A stretch of DNA of 64,000 bases. Origin: the human T2T-CHM13v2.0 reference genome, Homo sapiens. The stretch lies in NCBI RefSeq assembly GCF_009914755.1, contig NC_060937.1; one strand, written 5' to 3'. Shown piece after piece: positions 16,938-31,807 of this stretch. The notes under the pieces are model-generated. The model saw only the letters and a list, made by a program, of their open reading frames with translations. It did no database searches and was not told the DNA's origin. Within the stretch, counting starts at the first letter, position 1, and each line of letters opens with the position of its first letter. The position numbers were made by a program, and so were the translations under genes.

Positions 16938-17009
16938 GGATAGATAGATCTCCAGCTGGTCTATCTTATAAACCAGATCAAACTACAGTATCAAACACAG
17001 CCTAAAACA

Positions 17010-17261
17010 GCACTTTAGGAGGCCAAGGTGGTGATTACTGAAGCCCAAAAGCTTGAGACCAGCCAGGGCAACTTGGTGAAACCTCACCTCCACAAAAAAT
17101 ACAAATAAATAAATAAATTAGGTGGGCATGGCGATGTGTGCTTGCAGTCCCACCTACTCTGGAGGCTGAGGTGGGAGGATTGCTTAAGCCCAGGAGGCAG
17201 AGGCTGCAGTGCCACTGCACTTCAGCCTGGGTGACAGAGCAAGAGCCTGTCTCAAAAAAAA
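17010..17261 (+). mobile_element. AluJ, partial
   Basis: Degenerate Alu match. Confidence 0.8.
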
Positions 17262-18399
17262 GAACGGCAGCAAAAGATGAACATAAGTGCATGTTTATAT
17301 AATATATAGGTAGATGATATTAGTGTAACTGTATAACACTATGTGAAAAATGAAGCTTTAGTCCCCTTGGAATACACAGGTGAGTATGACTTGTTCCCTG
17401 CTTCAAGGGGCTGGTGATCTAGCAGAGATCACAGATGTGGAGCAGGTAAACTAACAAGATAGGCAATGCAACAGGTGCCAGGCCTGTGGAGGCCCAGAGA
17501 GGTTGCACCCAGATGGATGAGTTTCCTAGATTTCATTAGCTTCTTCACAAGCGCTTTAGTGCCCAAAGCCAAAGGACAAAGTAAGAGGGAGGGGCACGGA
17601 AAGCCCCTCAGCAGCAGGAGGACTTATGGGAGATGGGACGGAAGATGAAGTGGTTTCGTGCCCTTCAAATTAGATTGTCTAGGTACTTGTCTTTCCCCTC
17701 CACGTAAGACGACTCGTTCTTAGTATATTCATGTGTAAAACTGCCTTGGATTTTAGGTGCATGGAAGACCAGGATCATGTCACACTAGTGTGTATTGCAC
17801 AGCATATGACATAGAACTATGTTGAAACAGTGCTTAGCACATGACTTTTGGAGACGATAGAGATATGACCAGGCAGAACTGTCCTCAGGTCAATTTCTAA
17901 AGTGCATGAGAGTACTCTGGTTCCCCCAGCCCATCCTCTTGCCTTCTTGTACTCATTCCCCCCGTCCCTTGGCCCCTCTCTATGTTGCCTTTTAGCTTCT
18001 CAGAGCCTCCTTGCTTTGGGTCTCACCCAGGCCTGACACCCTTGCCGAGACCTCTCTAAATTAGCCTTTCGTCCCCTCTCCTACCTGTCAAACTGCTCTC
18101 TCATCTATCCACCAAGGGGAGGGCTATGTTGTTAAACTAACACTAATGTATGAAAGACCACATTGCTAGCTTACACTTGTACTATCTCATAAAAGTTAAT
18201 TTTTAAAAGAGGTGCTTTCAAATTTCAATAAGCAAAGGCTTCAGCTGAGATTATTTTCTTTTTGCTTTCCTGGCCTCTGAAGTTATGCTTTCAGGAAACT
18301 GCTTCTCTGTCTAAGTGTTAACCTAAGCTGGCCCTTAGATGCATTTGTTATGTTCAAGTGCCCTCTGGAGGCAAACATAGTCTCTTGTTAGATAAAAGA

Positions 18400-18985
18400 C
18401 ATGCCTGCCAACGACCCACAAATGATTGGCCCCCGTGCTGTGGGGTCCATTCATTCCCATCTTTGTGCATTCCCAGCACAGCCCTGCCTCAGGGCCTTCA
18501 GCTTAGGCATGGAAAATTCTTTGGCCTGGAATAGCTGTCCCAAAGATTGTCCCATGACTGATTCCTTCATACCATCCACTTCAGCTCAGCAGTGCTTTCT
18601 CAGCCGTGCACCGCATCTAGCCAAGTCGACCTTCCCACTCTGTCATGTCGCGCTGTTTCCTTGTCTTCCGGCACTCAGCACTATCTGAAATAATCTTCCG
18701 TTCACTCAACACGTTCATCAAGTGCCTGACCTAGGCCCTGTCTCATGCATTTGGGATAGATCAAGGTACAAATGCAACATGTTCCCTGCCCTGGCGGAAT
18801 GTACAGGTCTTGGGAAACACGTGGTTTCCTTTCTCATCATCAGCCTCCCTGCTGGAATGTAAGCTCAGTGAGAGCAGGGACCCCTCATCAAGGGGCAGCC
18901 TCATTTACTACCTTATCCCAAGAGCCTAGAATTGTGCCTGGTACATCCTTCATGGTCAATCAATATTTGTGGAATGAATAAACAA
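18400..18985 (+). mobile_element. L2 fragments
   Basis: Motifs ggaatgtaagctc..gagagcaggga; cctagaattgtgcctggtac..aatatttgtggaatgaataa. Confidence 0.55.
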
Positions 18986-20006
18986 ATGTTTATATTAGCT
19001 AGACACAGTGGCTGAGGCGAGAGGTTAGCTTGAGGCCAGGAGTTCGAGACCAGCCTGAGCAACATAGTGAGACCTCTGTCTCACAAAGAAATCTTTTTAA
19101 GTTTATATTTTCTATCAGGATACACAACTAACATTTTAAACTTATTTTGCTGTGACAAAGTTCATTCATTCCATTATCACAAGTCTATAAAATGAGACAA
19201 ACTGTATACCTCATTATTATTCAAATGATCCATAACAACAATAGTTAGCATTTATTGACCACTAAGTATTAGACACTATAATAGTGCTTTATATGTATTG
19301 TCTCATCTTCACAAACTTTCCTGAGGCAAGTAACACCATTTTTCACTTTTAAGATGAGAAATTTGAGGCTTACAGGAGCTTCTCACTATCACAAAATCAT
19401 CAGGTGGGAGAGCCAGCTTTTGAGGACCGGACAGTCGACCCAGAGTCCATGCTGTCAGCCTCCTCCACACAGCTATGTTCACATCAGGAAGTCTGTATTA
19501 CTCAGCGGCTCCCTCTACCATCCTCTAAAGAAACCCTGCACTCTCTTAGCAGGGCCTGTGAGACCCCTCAAGATCAGCCCTGCCTCCTTCGCTAGTCTCC
19601 TTCCCATTACCTCTCCTCCCACCCTGACGGGAGCCCCTGCAGCTCCCAGACGCGGCCATGCCTTCCCCCATCTCCTTGCCATCCAATGCTGTGTTCCCTT
19701 CCTCTTCCCTGCCTAACTCCTACTCCTACTTCAAGGCTCAGCTCTTGCCCCAAGCTCCAGAACATTTCCTGGTCCTCTGGGCTGGGTTCTGTGACCATGC
19801 TCTACTGCTCCCAGCCCCCTGTGCCTGGCTTTGTGATTCTCAGTGAACGAAATGAGGTGCGGCTTTTCATCTCCAAATTTCCGGTTCTTAATTGGAACAG
19901 AGAAATTGACTAAATACTTTGAATGATGAACATTTGGGAATTGGCCATGTTTTACAAATTTAGGCACAGTGAGGCAAACAATCCCATTGTAAATAAGAGG
20001 GTTAGT

Positions 20007-20320
20007 GCTGGGCACAGTGGCTCACACCTGTAATCCCAGCACTTTGGGAGGCTTAGATGGGAGGATTCTTTGAGGCCAGGAGTTTGAGAACAGCCTGGTC
20101 AATATAGTGAGACCTCCTTCTCTACAAACAAACACACAAACAAAATAATTAAAAATTAGCCAGGCATGGTGGCACAGGCCTGTAGTCTCAGCTACTTAGG
20201 AGGCTGAGGTGGGAGGATCATTTGAGTCTCGGAGCTCAAGGCTGCAGTGAGCTATGGTCACGCCACAGCACTCCAGCGTAGGTGACAGAGCAAGACTTTG
20301 TGTCTTAAAAAAAATTAAAA
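20007..20320 (+). mobile_element. AluJ
   Basis: Alu consensus match. Confidence 0.88.
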
Positions 20321-20999
20321 AGGTTAGAATGTGGTCCATGGAAGTCCTCAAAGGTACAATCGCATGAAGCTGAGAAGCAGCAGCATGGAGCAGGGGGTAC
20401 TCAGACCATCAACTGGCAGAACCAGATCTTTCCTCTCATTCCCACCCCAAGAGACTTTTCCGACTCATCCAGCTGGAAGCAGAGAGGCTAGGATTTCCCC
20501 CTCAGGTGTCTGACCCAGAGCTTGCATGCTAATCTCTAAGGCAATGGCATCTCAACTCTGCTGGGCCTTTATTTGTGTGTCCTTTCAATGGTTATATTTG
20601 CCTGTATTTGCCCAGAATAACTAATTTAATGAAAGCATTTTAAAAAGATGTTATAAATGGCTAAATATCTAGTGATAGGTGCCATACAAATATTTAGATA
20701 CAAAGGGTCTAAATCCAGATTATTTTTCTGGGGGAACCATTATTAATGTAATGATAAAATAGTACATTGTGGAAATGTACACACAAGAGAGAAGGAGAGA
20801 GAGAAGAGAAAGAGAGAGAAGCTGCATACACTTGCTATTTCACAACAATGATGCAATCCAACAGTTTACAAAGATAATTCCTTTAGACAGATACTGACTA
20901 AAACTCACAAGGGGCAGGGCCCTGGGCCCGGCAAGGAGTTAGTCACAGCTCCTGGGCCTCAGCAGGGAACACTGAGTAAGATACAAGTACTTGCCCTTC

Positions 21000-21282
21000 C
21001 TGGGCTTGATAGCTCACAACTGTAATCCCAGTGCTTTGGGAGGCCAAAGCAAGAGGATTGCTTGAGACCAGGAGTTCAAGAGCAGCCTGGGCAACATGGC
21101 AAAAACCCATCTCTACAGAAAAATACAAAAATTAGCTGGGGGTGGTGGCGCACGCCTGTAGTCCCAGCCATTCAGGACACGGACATGAACCTGGACCCAG
21201 GAGTTCGAGGCTGCAGTGAGCTGTGATCATGCCACTGCACTCAGGCCTGGGTGGCACAGCAAGACTCTGTCTCAAAAAAAAA
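21000..21282 (+). mobile_element. AluJ
   Basis: Alu consensus match. Confidence 0.85.
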
Positions 21283-21487
21283 GTATTTTCCCTTGAGGTT
21301 GGAGCCACAAGGACCACGAGTTTAGCAGGGGCTCCTGCCGGCTACTCCAAGCAACTCTCCCAACACTCACTGCTCTCTTCTGCAGAAACAAACTGCTTCC
21401 ATTTCCCCAAACGTGCTCTGCCGGTTCACACCTCTGTGCCTTTGCATGTTTCCTTTGACTGGGATGCTCGGTCTGTGCAGAGTGGAC

Positions 21488-22030
21488 ATGTGTCATGTTT
21501 TTTGGCTGCCTAGCATTGTTTGAAAACCCCAGCTATGTTCTGGAAATTTCCTAACACATGAGTGAGTCCTACCTCTCCAAGGCAGATGCCAGAGATCCCA
21601 ATCAGCCAGGCTTCTATGCAGAGCAGGGTACAGGCACATGACCCAGCCTCCCTCCATCAGCTGCATCTACATGAGATACCAACTTAGAGATAAGCAATCC
21701 AAGGCAGTGGACGCAGTGTGAAAGTGATGTATCAGGCAAAGCTGGTAACACAGGCAAACAGCTTAGAAGGAGCAAAGGTTACTGGGCTGTGGCCCTGGTA
21801 TGAGAAGGGGCAACATCGCAAACCATCACATCCAGAGCTCTAGGGGGGCAACAGCAGTGGTTTCCACTGCAGGCCAGGTCTGCGGTGGGCATAGGGCCTT
21901 GTTGCAGGAAGCTATTCACGGCATTCCACCTCCCCATCCAGCAAGTAGAAGAGTCACTCTACAACCTTTTAATCCTTTTAATCAATCTCTTCTGTGCTTC
22001 TGTTGATTACAACTAAAAGCCTGGCTTATT
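21488..22030. mobile_element. Old ERVL-type LTR fragment (LTR16/LTR33-like)
   Basis: By-eye similarity only. Confidence 0.35.
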
Positions 22031-22229
22031 TGCAACTCTCCTGGCCCCTGGAGTAGATGATACACCAACTACATTCATCCTCATAACAAAGGACCAGATG
22101 CCATTTATGTTGGCATGGAGGTCTCCTGTGGGCCTCCGCTGAAACTTCTATTCCATCCCTCACTCATTTCCTCCGGGGATGCCCCCCTACCCACACACCT
22201 CTTGCAGCATACCCACCCCTGAATTATAG

Positions 22230-22580
<351 letters not shown>

Positions 22581-23030
22581 GACAGTGATTTCTTTGAAGC
22601 TAGCCATTGGCTCTTTCACTTCTGCATTTCCAGCAGTTAGTTTGGGTTGACAGCATCCAGCACAGGATAGGTGCTAAAGGGAAGTCTGTCGTGGATAGGA
22701 AGGGATGCTCCAATTTGGCTTCTGAGAACCAGGAATCAGAAACAGGTGCTCTGGGGTGGCTGCGTCTAACACAGATTTCAGTGAATGGCAGGGATTTCAA
22801 CAAGCAGAATTGGTTGGGATCATCCTGCCCTTACTGACATGTAATCTGCTTTTTAAAAATTATCATAACCCTCAGCATTTTTCTATATCCTTAATATGCT
22901 GTAGGGGACATTCTCAGTTGCCTAACAACACTTCCCTCACCCTTCTTTTTTTCAGGTGTGGGTGTTGATGTCTCAGGGAAGGTGGTCCCTTCCCACAGCC
23001 CCAAGGGGATGGGTCCTCATTGCTCCAAAC

Positions 23031-23357
23031 CAGGGGTTGACAAACTACAGCCTGCTACCCAAATCTGGCCTACCACCTGTGTTTGTATGACCTCATACCA
23101 TACAAAATGCTTTTTACACTTTTAATTTGCTGGAAAAAGAACAAAAAAAATGCTTTGTAAGAGGTAAAAAATATATGAAATTCAAATTTCAGTGTCCACA
23201 GTGACATTGGAACACAGGCATATGTATTTGTTTCCAGTGTCTCTAGCTGCTTTGGCTCTACAAGAGCAGAGCTGACTAGATGTGACATGGACCCCACGCC
23301 CTGCAAAGCCTGAAATATTTACTGGCTGGTCCTCTTCAGAAGAACTTTGCTGACCCT
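23031..23357. mobile_element. MER58 (hAT-Charlie) DNA element nested in an MLT1 LTR (about 22880-23700)
   Basis: Termini caggggttgacaaact ... actttgctgaccc; internal aatttcagtgtccac and gcctgaaatatttact. Confidence 0.7.
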
Positions 23358-23737
23358 ATTCTCAAGCGATCATGCTAACACCAGTCTCCTCTGAGTGTTG
23401 ATTTTTGGGAGGAGTATGAGACCCATTTCTAAGCCAATGAAACACAAGGGGAAGCCTGACAGAGGGCTGCTGGGAAAGATTGTTTTCTCTGATGAGAGGA
23501 AGATATGTGAGCGTGCTTCCTTCCTGCCTTTGGATGTTGCATGTGCGGATGTGATAGGCAGAGCTGTGGCAGCCATCTTGCAGTCATGAGGGAAAGGCTA
23601 AGAGACTTACAGAGAAGCTGCCCCAGATACTCTTGAGCAGTTAAATTAATCAGCTCTGGAAACTCCTACTTCTAGAATTTTTTAATTCTAGAATTTAAAT
23701 TTCTAATCAGCAGCCAAGAACATGTAATGGGAACTAA

Positions 23738-24091
<354 letters not shown>

Positions 24092-26027
24092 TAAAAATAC
24101 ATTTGAGTCAGAGATGTTTTATGCTCTTGATCTATTTGCAACCCCAATTAACTCACTTTGTTAAAACACGCCCCACGTGGTGTCAGGACCAGGGATACAT
24201 TTTGTGAAATTATTTCTCCTTTTAGTGTCATTAACCAGTGCATTATGGAATTCTGTAGAATAGCAAATGCTCATTTTTCCATGCAGCCATTCTGTCTGTC
24301 CTCTCACCTCTGACCCACATCACACCTGCCACCCATCACAAAGCCAGTTGCATTGAAGTCTCTGACTTGTGCAATCCCCAGTGTAGCAAACAGTCACCTG
24401 GAGCAGAGAGGTCAGTGTGTTGACATGTTTGCTGTCTGGGGCCTACATGTAAAATGCTCTTGAGTTGAGCTACCTCTATAGAGAGCAGTGATCCATGTCC
24501 CTAAAATGCTGTTCTCAAGAGGCCATAGGATCCCTAGGAAATTACACTCAGAACAAAGTTTGCAAGGACACTTTCTTGATTTAGTGCCAACCAGGTGATT
24601 TTGAAATCAGTTCTCTGAGCATCTGAGAGATAGGAAGCATTTTAACATCAATATCTTCATTTCTCTTCCTAAAATAAAGACAGCAGAAAGAGCACTGTTG
24701 TGGGGGATTTTAAGCTGCTGAGGTGATTTTTATAAAATACTGTGGAAGGAGATCTATCCCGAAAGAAAGAACTTCCAGTTCTTGCAGCTCTCTTGCTTTT
24801 AACAAGAATCTCTGGGAGGGAGCACCACACAGTGTAGCGGCTGAGCACCTGACCTTCTGAGTTGGACAGAACTTTATTGAGTCCCTGCTCTTCTCTTCAC
24901 ACCTGTGTAACTTTGGGGAGTGACCCAGCCTCTCTAAGCCTTGGTTTCTCCCTCATCCTCATTCTTCCCGGCCATTGGGCTAGGCAAGGGGACAGAGCAA
25001 GTAAGTTGGACAGTGGACAAATGGATGAGAGTTTGTGTAAAAAAAGAGGTAACTTTGTAGATTAGGGATTAAAAATCTGAGCACAATTCAGATTGTTTCT
25101 TATAGAACAAATTGAGGCTGATGGTTGCAAAGGGGAGGCGTAGAGAGGAGAAATGTGGAAGGCTCGGCAATGATGAGAGTTTGGAATAGCCCTTGTGAGG
25201 ACAGGAGAGGAAGGGGCTCAAGGAAGACAAGACAAAGCACTAGGGTGGGGCCCAGTGGCTTGCGGAAAATACCAAGCGCCCTGCACGGTGGATTCTTCCA
25301 GCAGACTGAGCACAGGGGGTTCAGAGGAGCTGGTAATGCAGTCATACTGTGGCTGGGGTTTACAAAAGGTTAAGTGACTCACTAAAGGTCACACAGGGAC
25401 ATTTACACAAACATCCTGGCCCCAAGTCCAGTGCTCTAATCTGTAACAGGGTCTATCCTTTTTTTTTTTTTTTTGAGACAGGGTCTTGGTCAGTCACACA
25501 GGCTGGAGTGCAATGATGTGAACACCGCACACTGCAGCCTCGCCCTTCCAGGCTCTAGTGATCCTCCTGCCTCGGCCTCCCAGTGTTGGGATTATAGGCA
25601 TGAGCCACCATACTCAGCCAAGTCTGTCCTTAATCAGGGTTCTTTTGGGTCTCATTTTCTTAAGCTGCAAAAGCCACTGGACCAGGTGATACTGCCAACA
25701 CCTCTAGGCTGCTGTAACTGTAGTTTCGGCTCCTGGATCTGCTTCCAATTAGTTATGTTCCCTGTCACTTTGGGTAAGTCATCCCAGCTCCATGGCTTGC
25801 TTCTGGAACTCAATTATGGTCCAGAAGCCCAAGTTCTAAAGTGCTGATTCTGATGAGTGCCCATTTACCAGGCACTCTGATCCCATCATAGCATCTACTA
25901 CAGCCTGGGAGGTCTATTCATGTGTGCATTCATGTTAAGCACTATCACCAATCAAATCACTTAAATTACATAGGTAATAATCCAACAGCACATCCAAACA
26001 AGGCTGAAAATTGTAAAAGAAAATTAC

Positions 26028-26029
<2 letters not shown>

Positions 26030-26066
<37 letters not shown>
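26030..26066. repeat. (TG)n microsatellite at the tail of an Alu monomer
   Basis: Direct reading. Confidence 0.95.
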
Positions 26067-26068
<2 letters not shown>

Positions 26069-26378
26069 AAGAGACAAGATTGCTCTCTGTCACCCAGGCT
26101 GGAGTGCAACAGTGCCATCATAGCTCACTGTGGCCTCCAATTCCTGGCATCAAGCAATCTTCCTGCCTTGGCCTCCCAAGTAGCTAAGACTATAGGCATT
26201 TCTCACCACACCCTGTTTAAGGAAGAAGATTGTGTTGAAAATGAAAATCAATACACAAAGGCTGAACCAAAGCAATGGGAAGGCGGTGGCTGCGTGTTAT
26301 GTTGAGTGGCTGTCTCAAGTAGACCAAAACCCTTCTCACCCTTTGTCTTAGGGCATTAAAGGAAATTACTCTGGGCAG

Positions 26379-26903
<525 letters not shown>

Positions 26904-29900
26904 TCAAAGCATGGCAGAAGACAAGAGTAGTGTCCATTATTATTAACACCTTGTGAGTCAGGGTGAGGGGTGGAATGTGCCCAGTACTGCTGGAATACAG
27001 CTCAGAGATGAAGCCCCTTGTCCATTGTCACCTGACTGGGATAGGCAGGTGATGTGGTTCTTCACTTCAAGCCTGGCAGTCTTCAGAACCCTTGTAGTGC
27101 AAAAATAACACCATACGGTCCCTCCCAGGAAACGCCACTTACTGTCCTTACTAGTGTTGGGAAAGAAAGGACACTCTTAGAAATGTCTTTAAAAATGAGA
27201 CTGATAATGGACTGTGTCTTAGAGCCATGAAAGGAAAGGAGAAGTTGTAGGATTTGCTGGGAATGTCAACTAACCAGAGCCTAGTGACCTGAGCCCAAGG
27301 GCAGGCTGAAGCTTCCTTGGCACAGGAGGGTGCTGCCTGTGATACGGGGGGCAGTGCTGGCACCATGCAAGCTACTCCTTAGAAAGATCAGCTTGAATAT
27401 GCAGGAAGAGCAGGACCCTCGGCTGAGGCACATGGCGGAATGGGAAGTGCATGGTGGTAATTTAGTTCTCCAGAGTTCTTGTTGTCTTGGGACCAGGAGG
27501 CATGGTTGGAATGCTGATTGCCCAAAGGGAGACCGTGGACTACTCTGGCCTCCCACAGAATTCCCATAGTGGTTGCAGCTCCCTGGACTGGGGAGGCCAG
27601 AGGGGGCGTTGCCCACTGCTCTCCTTATCCAGGACACCCCCTACCCACCACCACCAACAGATGAGTATGGTCATGAGTGTGGTCACCTCTCATCCAGTCA
27701 TTAGCTCAATTGTGAAAAAGAAATTGTTGTTCAGAGAAGAGCAAAGTGTTTTTCTATGAGCCAAAGCTTGGTCAAGGTATGCTAATGAGGAGCACTAGAC
27801 AGAATGCCTCACAAACACTGATAAGGAGTACTGGGAAGGGCACTTCTCCCAGGACAGAGCTCACAAGGAGTGTCCTGGCCCCAGAAGCAGGAGAACTGAA
27901 GGCTGGCAGGAGTCTGCCCAGTAGTCTCTGCAGTGCCCAGTAGGCACTGTGTGCCTTCAGGCTACAGCCTCCCAGGCCCTGTGCCCCATCTTCTCCCCCA
28001 CACCACACGGGGGAGGAGGCTGACCCTGAGAATGGTGCAACCATCTGCCTGCCCCTGGGCGCCTCTCACCAGCAGGTGAATGCTGTTGGGCTCAGTTCTG
28101 TCTGCAGTAGGAGCGTGTTTAGCCACATGAGAGAGTCTCACCTTTGACATTTTATATCCTTCAGTCAATCAAAGATCTAGAATTTATAGTGATAGAATTA
28201 AAAAGTTTAACTTTTCCTACTTATGGGCATACAGGTATTTGGGTGCCATCTTTATAATTTACAATTAGTTTGAAAGATAGAAATTGCAACCATAAGGTTG
28301 GGAGCCTGGTATGTAAGGCATTTGCCGGTGGGCATGTTTTGAACATGTATTGTTGGGCCCTTATACGTACTGTCACTTATCTGTTCCCATCACCGTTGGA
28401 CAGGTATTTCTCCCTGTGCTGGCAAAACAGGCACACCTCTCACTAAGGCAGAGCTGCCACAAGTAGTCTAACTCCTGAGGACAACAAACCCCTTTGCTGG
28501 GGGGAAGGGATGGGAGGAGGAACAAGACTTGAGAGGCGGCTGGGCAGAGGACACAGAAACCTCCGTTCTACTGTGAGGCCCGAGGAATGCAAATGGAAAG
28601 TAGGACTCCCACTTATGAGATCTTGTAGAAAAGAGGCCCAGAGAAGGGGCAGTAGATTTGTTCAAGGTTACACAGCTAGATGGTGTGAAGACAGGGCAGG
28701 ACTGTGGTCCCTGGGTCCCTTGTCTGATGTTGTTGCAGTCTCTGCATTAGTGCTCCATAATGGGTCTGTGGTGTGCCCGGATGTAAGGGTTGGTTTGGAG
28801 CATTTCCACCCTGGCTCTCTGGACATGGAACTTGCTGGACTTTGGGATTTTTCTGTCAGCCATTGATAGGAGCAGAGTGTTGTTGTGTTTTGTGGCAGAG
28901 ACCACCCATGGAAGTGATCGACTGTAAGCACAGAGCCAGCTGCAGCCCGAGGTGATGTGGATGGAGCCTAAATGTGTTGTTCTGTGTGTCTCTCCTTTTC
29001 CTTTTAAACAAAGTTTCCCTCACCACACAGGTTTTCAGCCAGCTCATCTACTCTCAAGTGCTGGGAAGTTCGTATTTCCCTATCTGCAGTGGCTGTAAGA
29101 GATCTAGAGACCTAGAGAGCTAGTATGATAGTATGAAGGAGGATTTGAAGAAGTTAGTTAGGTAATTAGATAATTATTGAAATGAGGCAACATGGATCCC
29201 AAAAGTTAAATAGTCTTAAAGGGAAACTTGGTACCACTTTAAGACTTAGTCATTCAACAACTCTGAAACAATGCAGTCACTACTTTGAGTACTGTTGCAG
29301 GGTGCCTTGTTTGGCATAGTTGGGGAATGTGGCATTTCAGATCATTGAAGTTTATCCCCTCAAATGCCAAAATTAAAAACAACCCCAAACCTTTTTGGAT
29401 TGGAGTTTCTTGAAAATGATATGCTTCCCTGCCCTGTTAAACTGAACCTTTACGGATGGCCTCCAGAGGGGTGTGAGGGTCTCACCTCTGCTTGGGTGGG
29501 CCTGGTCCTGTGATGTGAGTCTGCTTCTCTCTTCTCATCTCTCTGCCCTCTACTTCAGAGCTGTCCCTTCCTTGAGACACTGTCTCTGCCCTGATAGGTT
29601 TCCTCTATATCTCATGATTTACCAACTCTATGTCAAGGACTGAAAATCCAAACCACCACCCTTGGTAAAGTGTTACGTATGACATAGTGTGAGTGCTGTG
29701 GAATAAGAGGCTTGGCTGGCCACCACACTGCCTAAAGAATGTTTTTATGTGTCTTGTAAGGAGAATAAGATCAGACTTCTGATCTTATTCTAGGCAAGTG
29801 GAGAAATATAATCTCTGTCATTTATTCATGGCTTTATGGACTTGATAGATCTTTGAGAACCTACTAGGTGTCAGGCTCCATGGTTAGTACTGGCATTCAG

Positions 29901-30616
29901 AACAGTCTTCACTCACTTGAGGGCACAGTGAGTACCATGATGATGTCATCAGTGGTAAATTACATGGGAAGGTAGCTTACCCTCACAGAGGACGGGAGAC
30001 AGTTGTTGCTAGCATTTGTATATTCATTAGTCTCCCACATCCTCCCAGTTGGAAATGTAACTATCCCAGATAGACAGCATATGTGTATTGTAGGAACCTG
30101 TAATGCCCGAACTGTTCAGGACGATCACATTAAAATATTAATGTGCTGAGTTAAATGCTTTATTTAGCTTATCTGCATCTAGGCTATCCAAATTACACAG
30201 CCACTTAAAAAATTCTAACCATCACCTCTTCTCTTGGAATAATTAAATTATTTTGATGTAATTCAGATCTCATTTTATCGTAGCCCAGCAGTACCTGGGA
30301 GAGAATGACTCTAAATTTATGATAGTAAAATCATATTAAATTGTATTTCACTAATTCAGAAATGGGGATAATTTGACAATTAAAGGCAGAAGTGTGTCAT
30401 TCCTCTCCTGGAAGAAATGAACAGTAATGATGGGATCACAGAGATTGTATTGCTTGTTGCTTAAAAAAGAGATCAAGCAGTTTTCAAACTCTTTGGAAAA
30501 GTTGGTTTATCTGCCAAGAAATAATTGAGAATTATTCTTAATGGCCCCTCCCTCAACTCCACTTTTCAGACTTTAGATGGAATAACTATGCATAATGTCA
30601 AAGTCAGGAAGTTGCA

Positions 30617-31807
30617 TTTTTTAAATTATACTTTAAGTTCTGGGGTACATGTGCAGAATGTGAAGTTTCGTTACATAGGTTTACACATGCCACGGTGGTT
30701 TGCTGCACCCCTCAACCTGTCATTTACATTAGGTATTTTTCCTACTGTTATCCCTCCCCTAGCCCCTCACCCAACAGGCCCCAGTGTGTGATGTTCCCCT
30801 CCCTATGTCCGTGTGTTTTCATTGTTCAACTCCCACCTATGAGGGAGAACATGTGGTGTTTGGTTTTCTGATCTTGTGATAGTTTGCTGAGGATGATGGT
30901 TTCCAGCTTCACACATGTCCCTGCAAAGGACATAAATTCATCCTTTTTAATGGCTGCATAGTATTTCATGGTATATATGTGCCACATTTTCTTTATCCAG
31001 TCTATTATGGATGGACATTTGGGTTGGTTCCAAATCTTTGGAATTGTGAATAGTGCCATAATAAACATAACTGTGCATGTGTCTTTATAGTGGAATGATT
31101 TATAATCCTTTGGGTATATACCCAGTAATGAGATTGCTGGATCAAATGGTATTTCTAGTTCTAGATCCTTGAGGAATCGCCACACTACCTTCCACAATGG
31201 TTGAACTAATTTACACTCCCTCCAACAGTGTAAAAGCATCCTTATTTCTCCACATCCTCTCCAGCATCTGTTGTTTCCTGACTTTTTAATGATCACCATT
31301 CTAACTGGCATGAGATGGTATCTCATTGTGGTTTTGATTTACATTTCTCTAGTGACCAGTGATGATGAGCATTTTTCCATATGTCTGTTGGCTGCGTAAA
31401 AGTCTTCCTTTGAGAAGTGTCTGTTCATATCCTTTGCCCACTTTTTGATGGGGTTTTGTTTTTTTCTTGTAAATTTCTTGTAAATTTTCTAGTAAAGTTC
31501 TTTGTAGATTCTGGATATTAGCCCTGTGTCCAATGGATAGATTGCAAAAATTTTCTCCCATTCTGTAGGTTGCCTGTTCACTCTGATGATAGTTTCTTTT
31601 GCTGCGCAGAAGCTCTTTAATTAGATCCCACTTGTCAATTTTCGCTTTTGTTGCCATTACTTTTGGTGTTTTAGACATGAAGTCTCTGCCCATGCCTATG
31701 TCCTGAATGGTATTGCCCCGGTTTTTTTCTAGAATTTTTATGGTCCTAGGCCTTACATTTAAGTCTCTGATCCATCTTGATTTTTGCATAAGGTGTAAGG
31801 AAGGGGT
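30617..31807 (-). mobile_element. L1PA (PA7-like) 3' segment of a 5'-inverted insertion
   Basis: ORF2 C-terminus ([19 protein letters not shown]), L1 3' UTR and a short poly(A) remnant. Confidence 0.92.
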
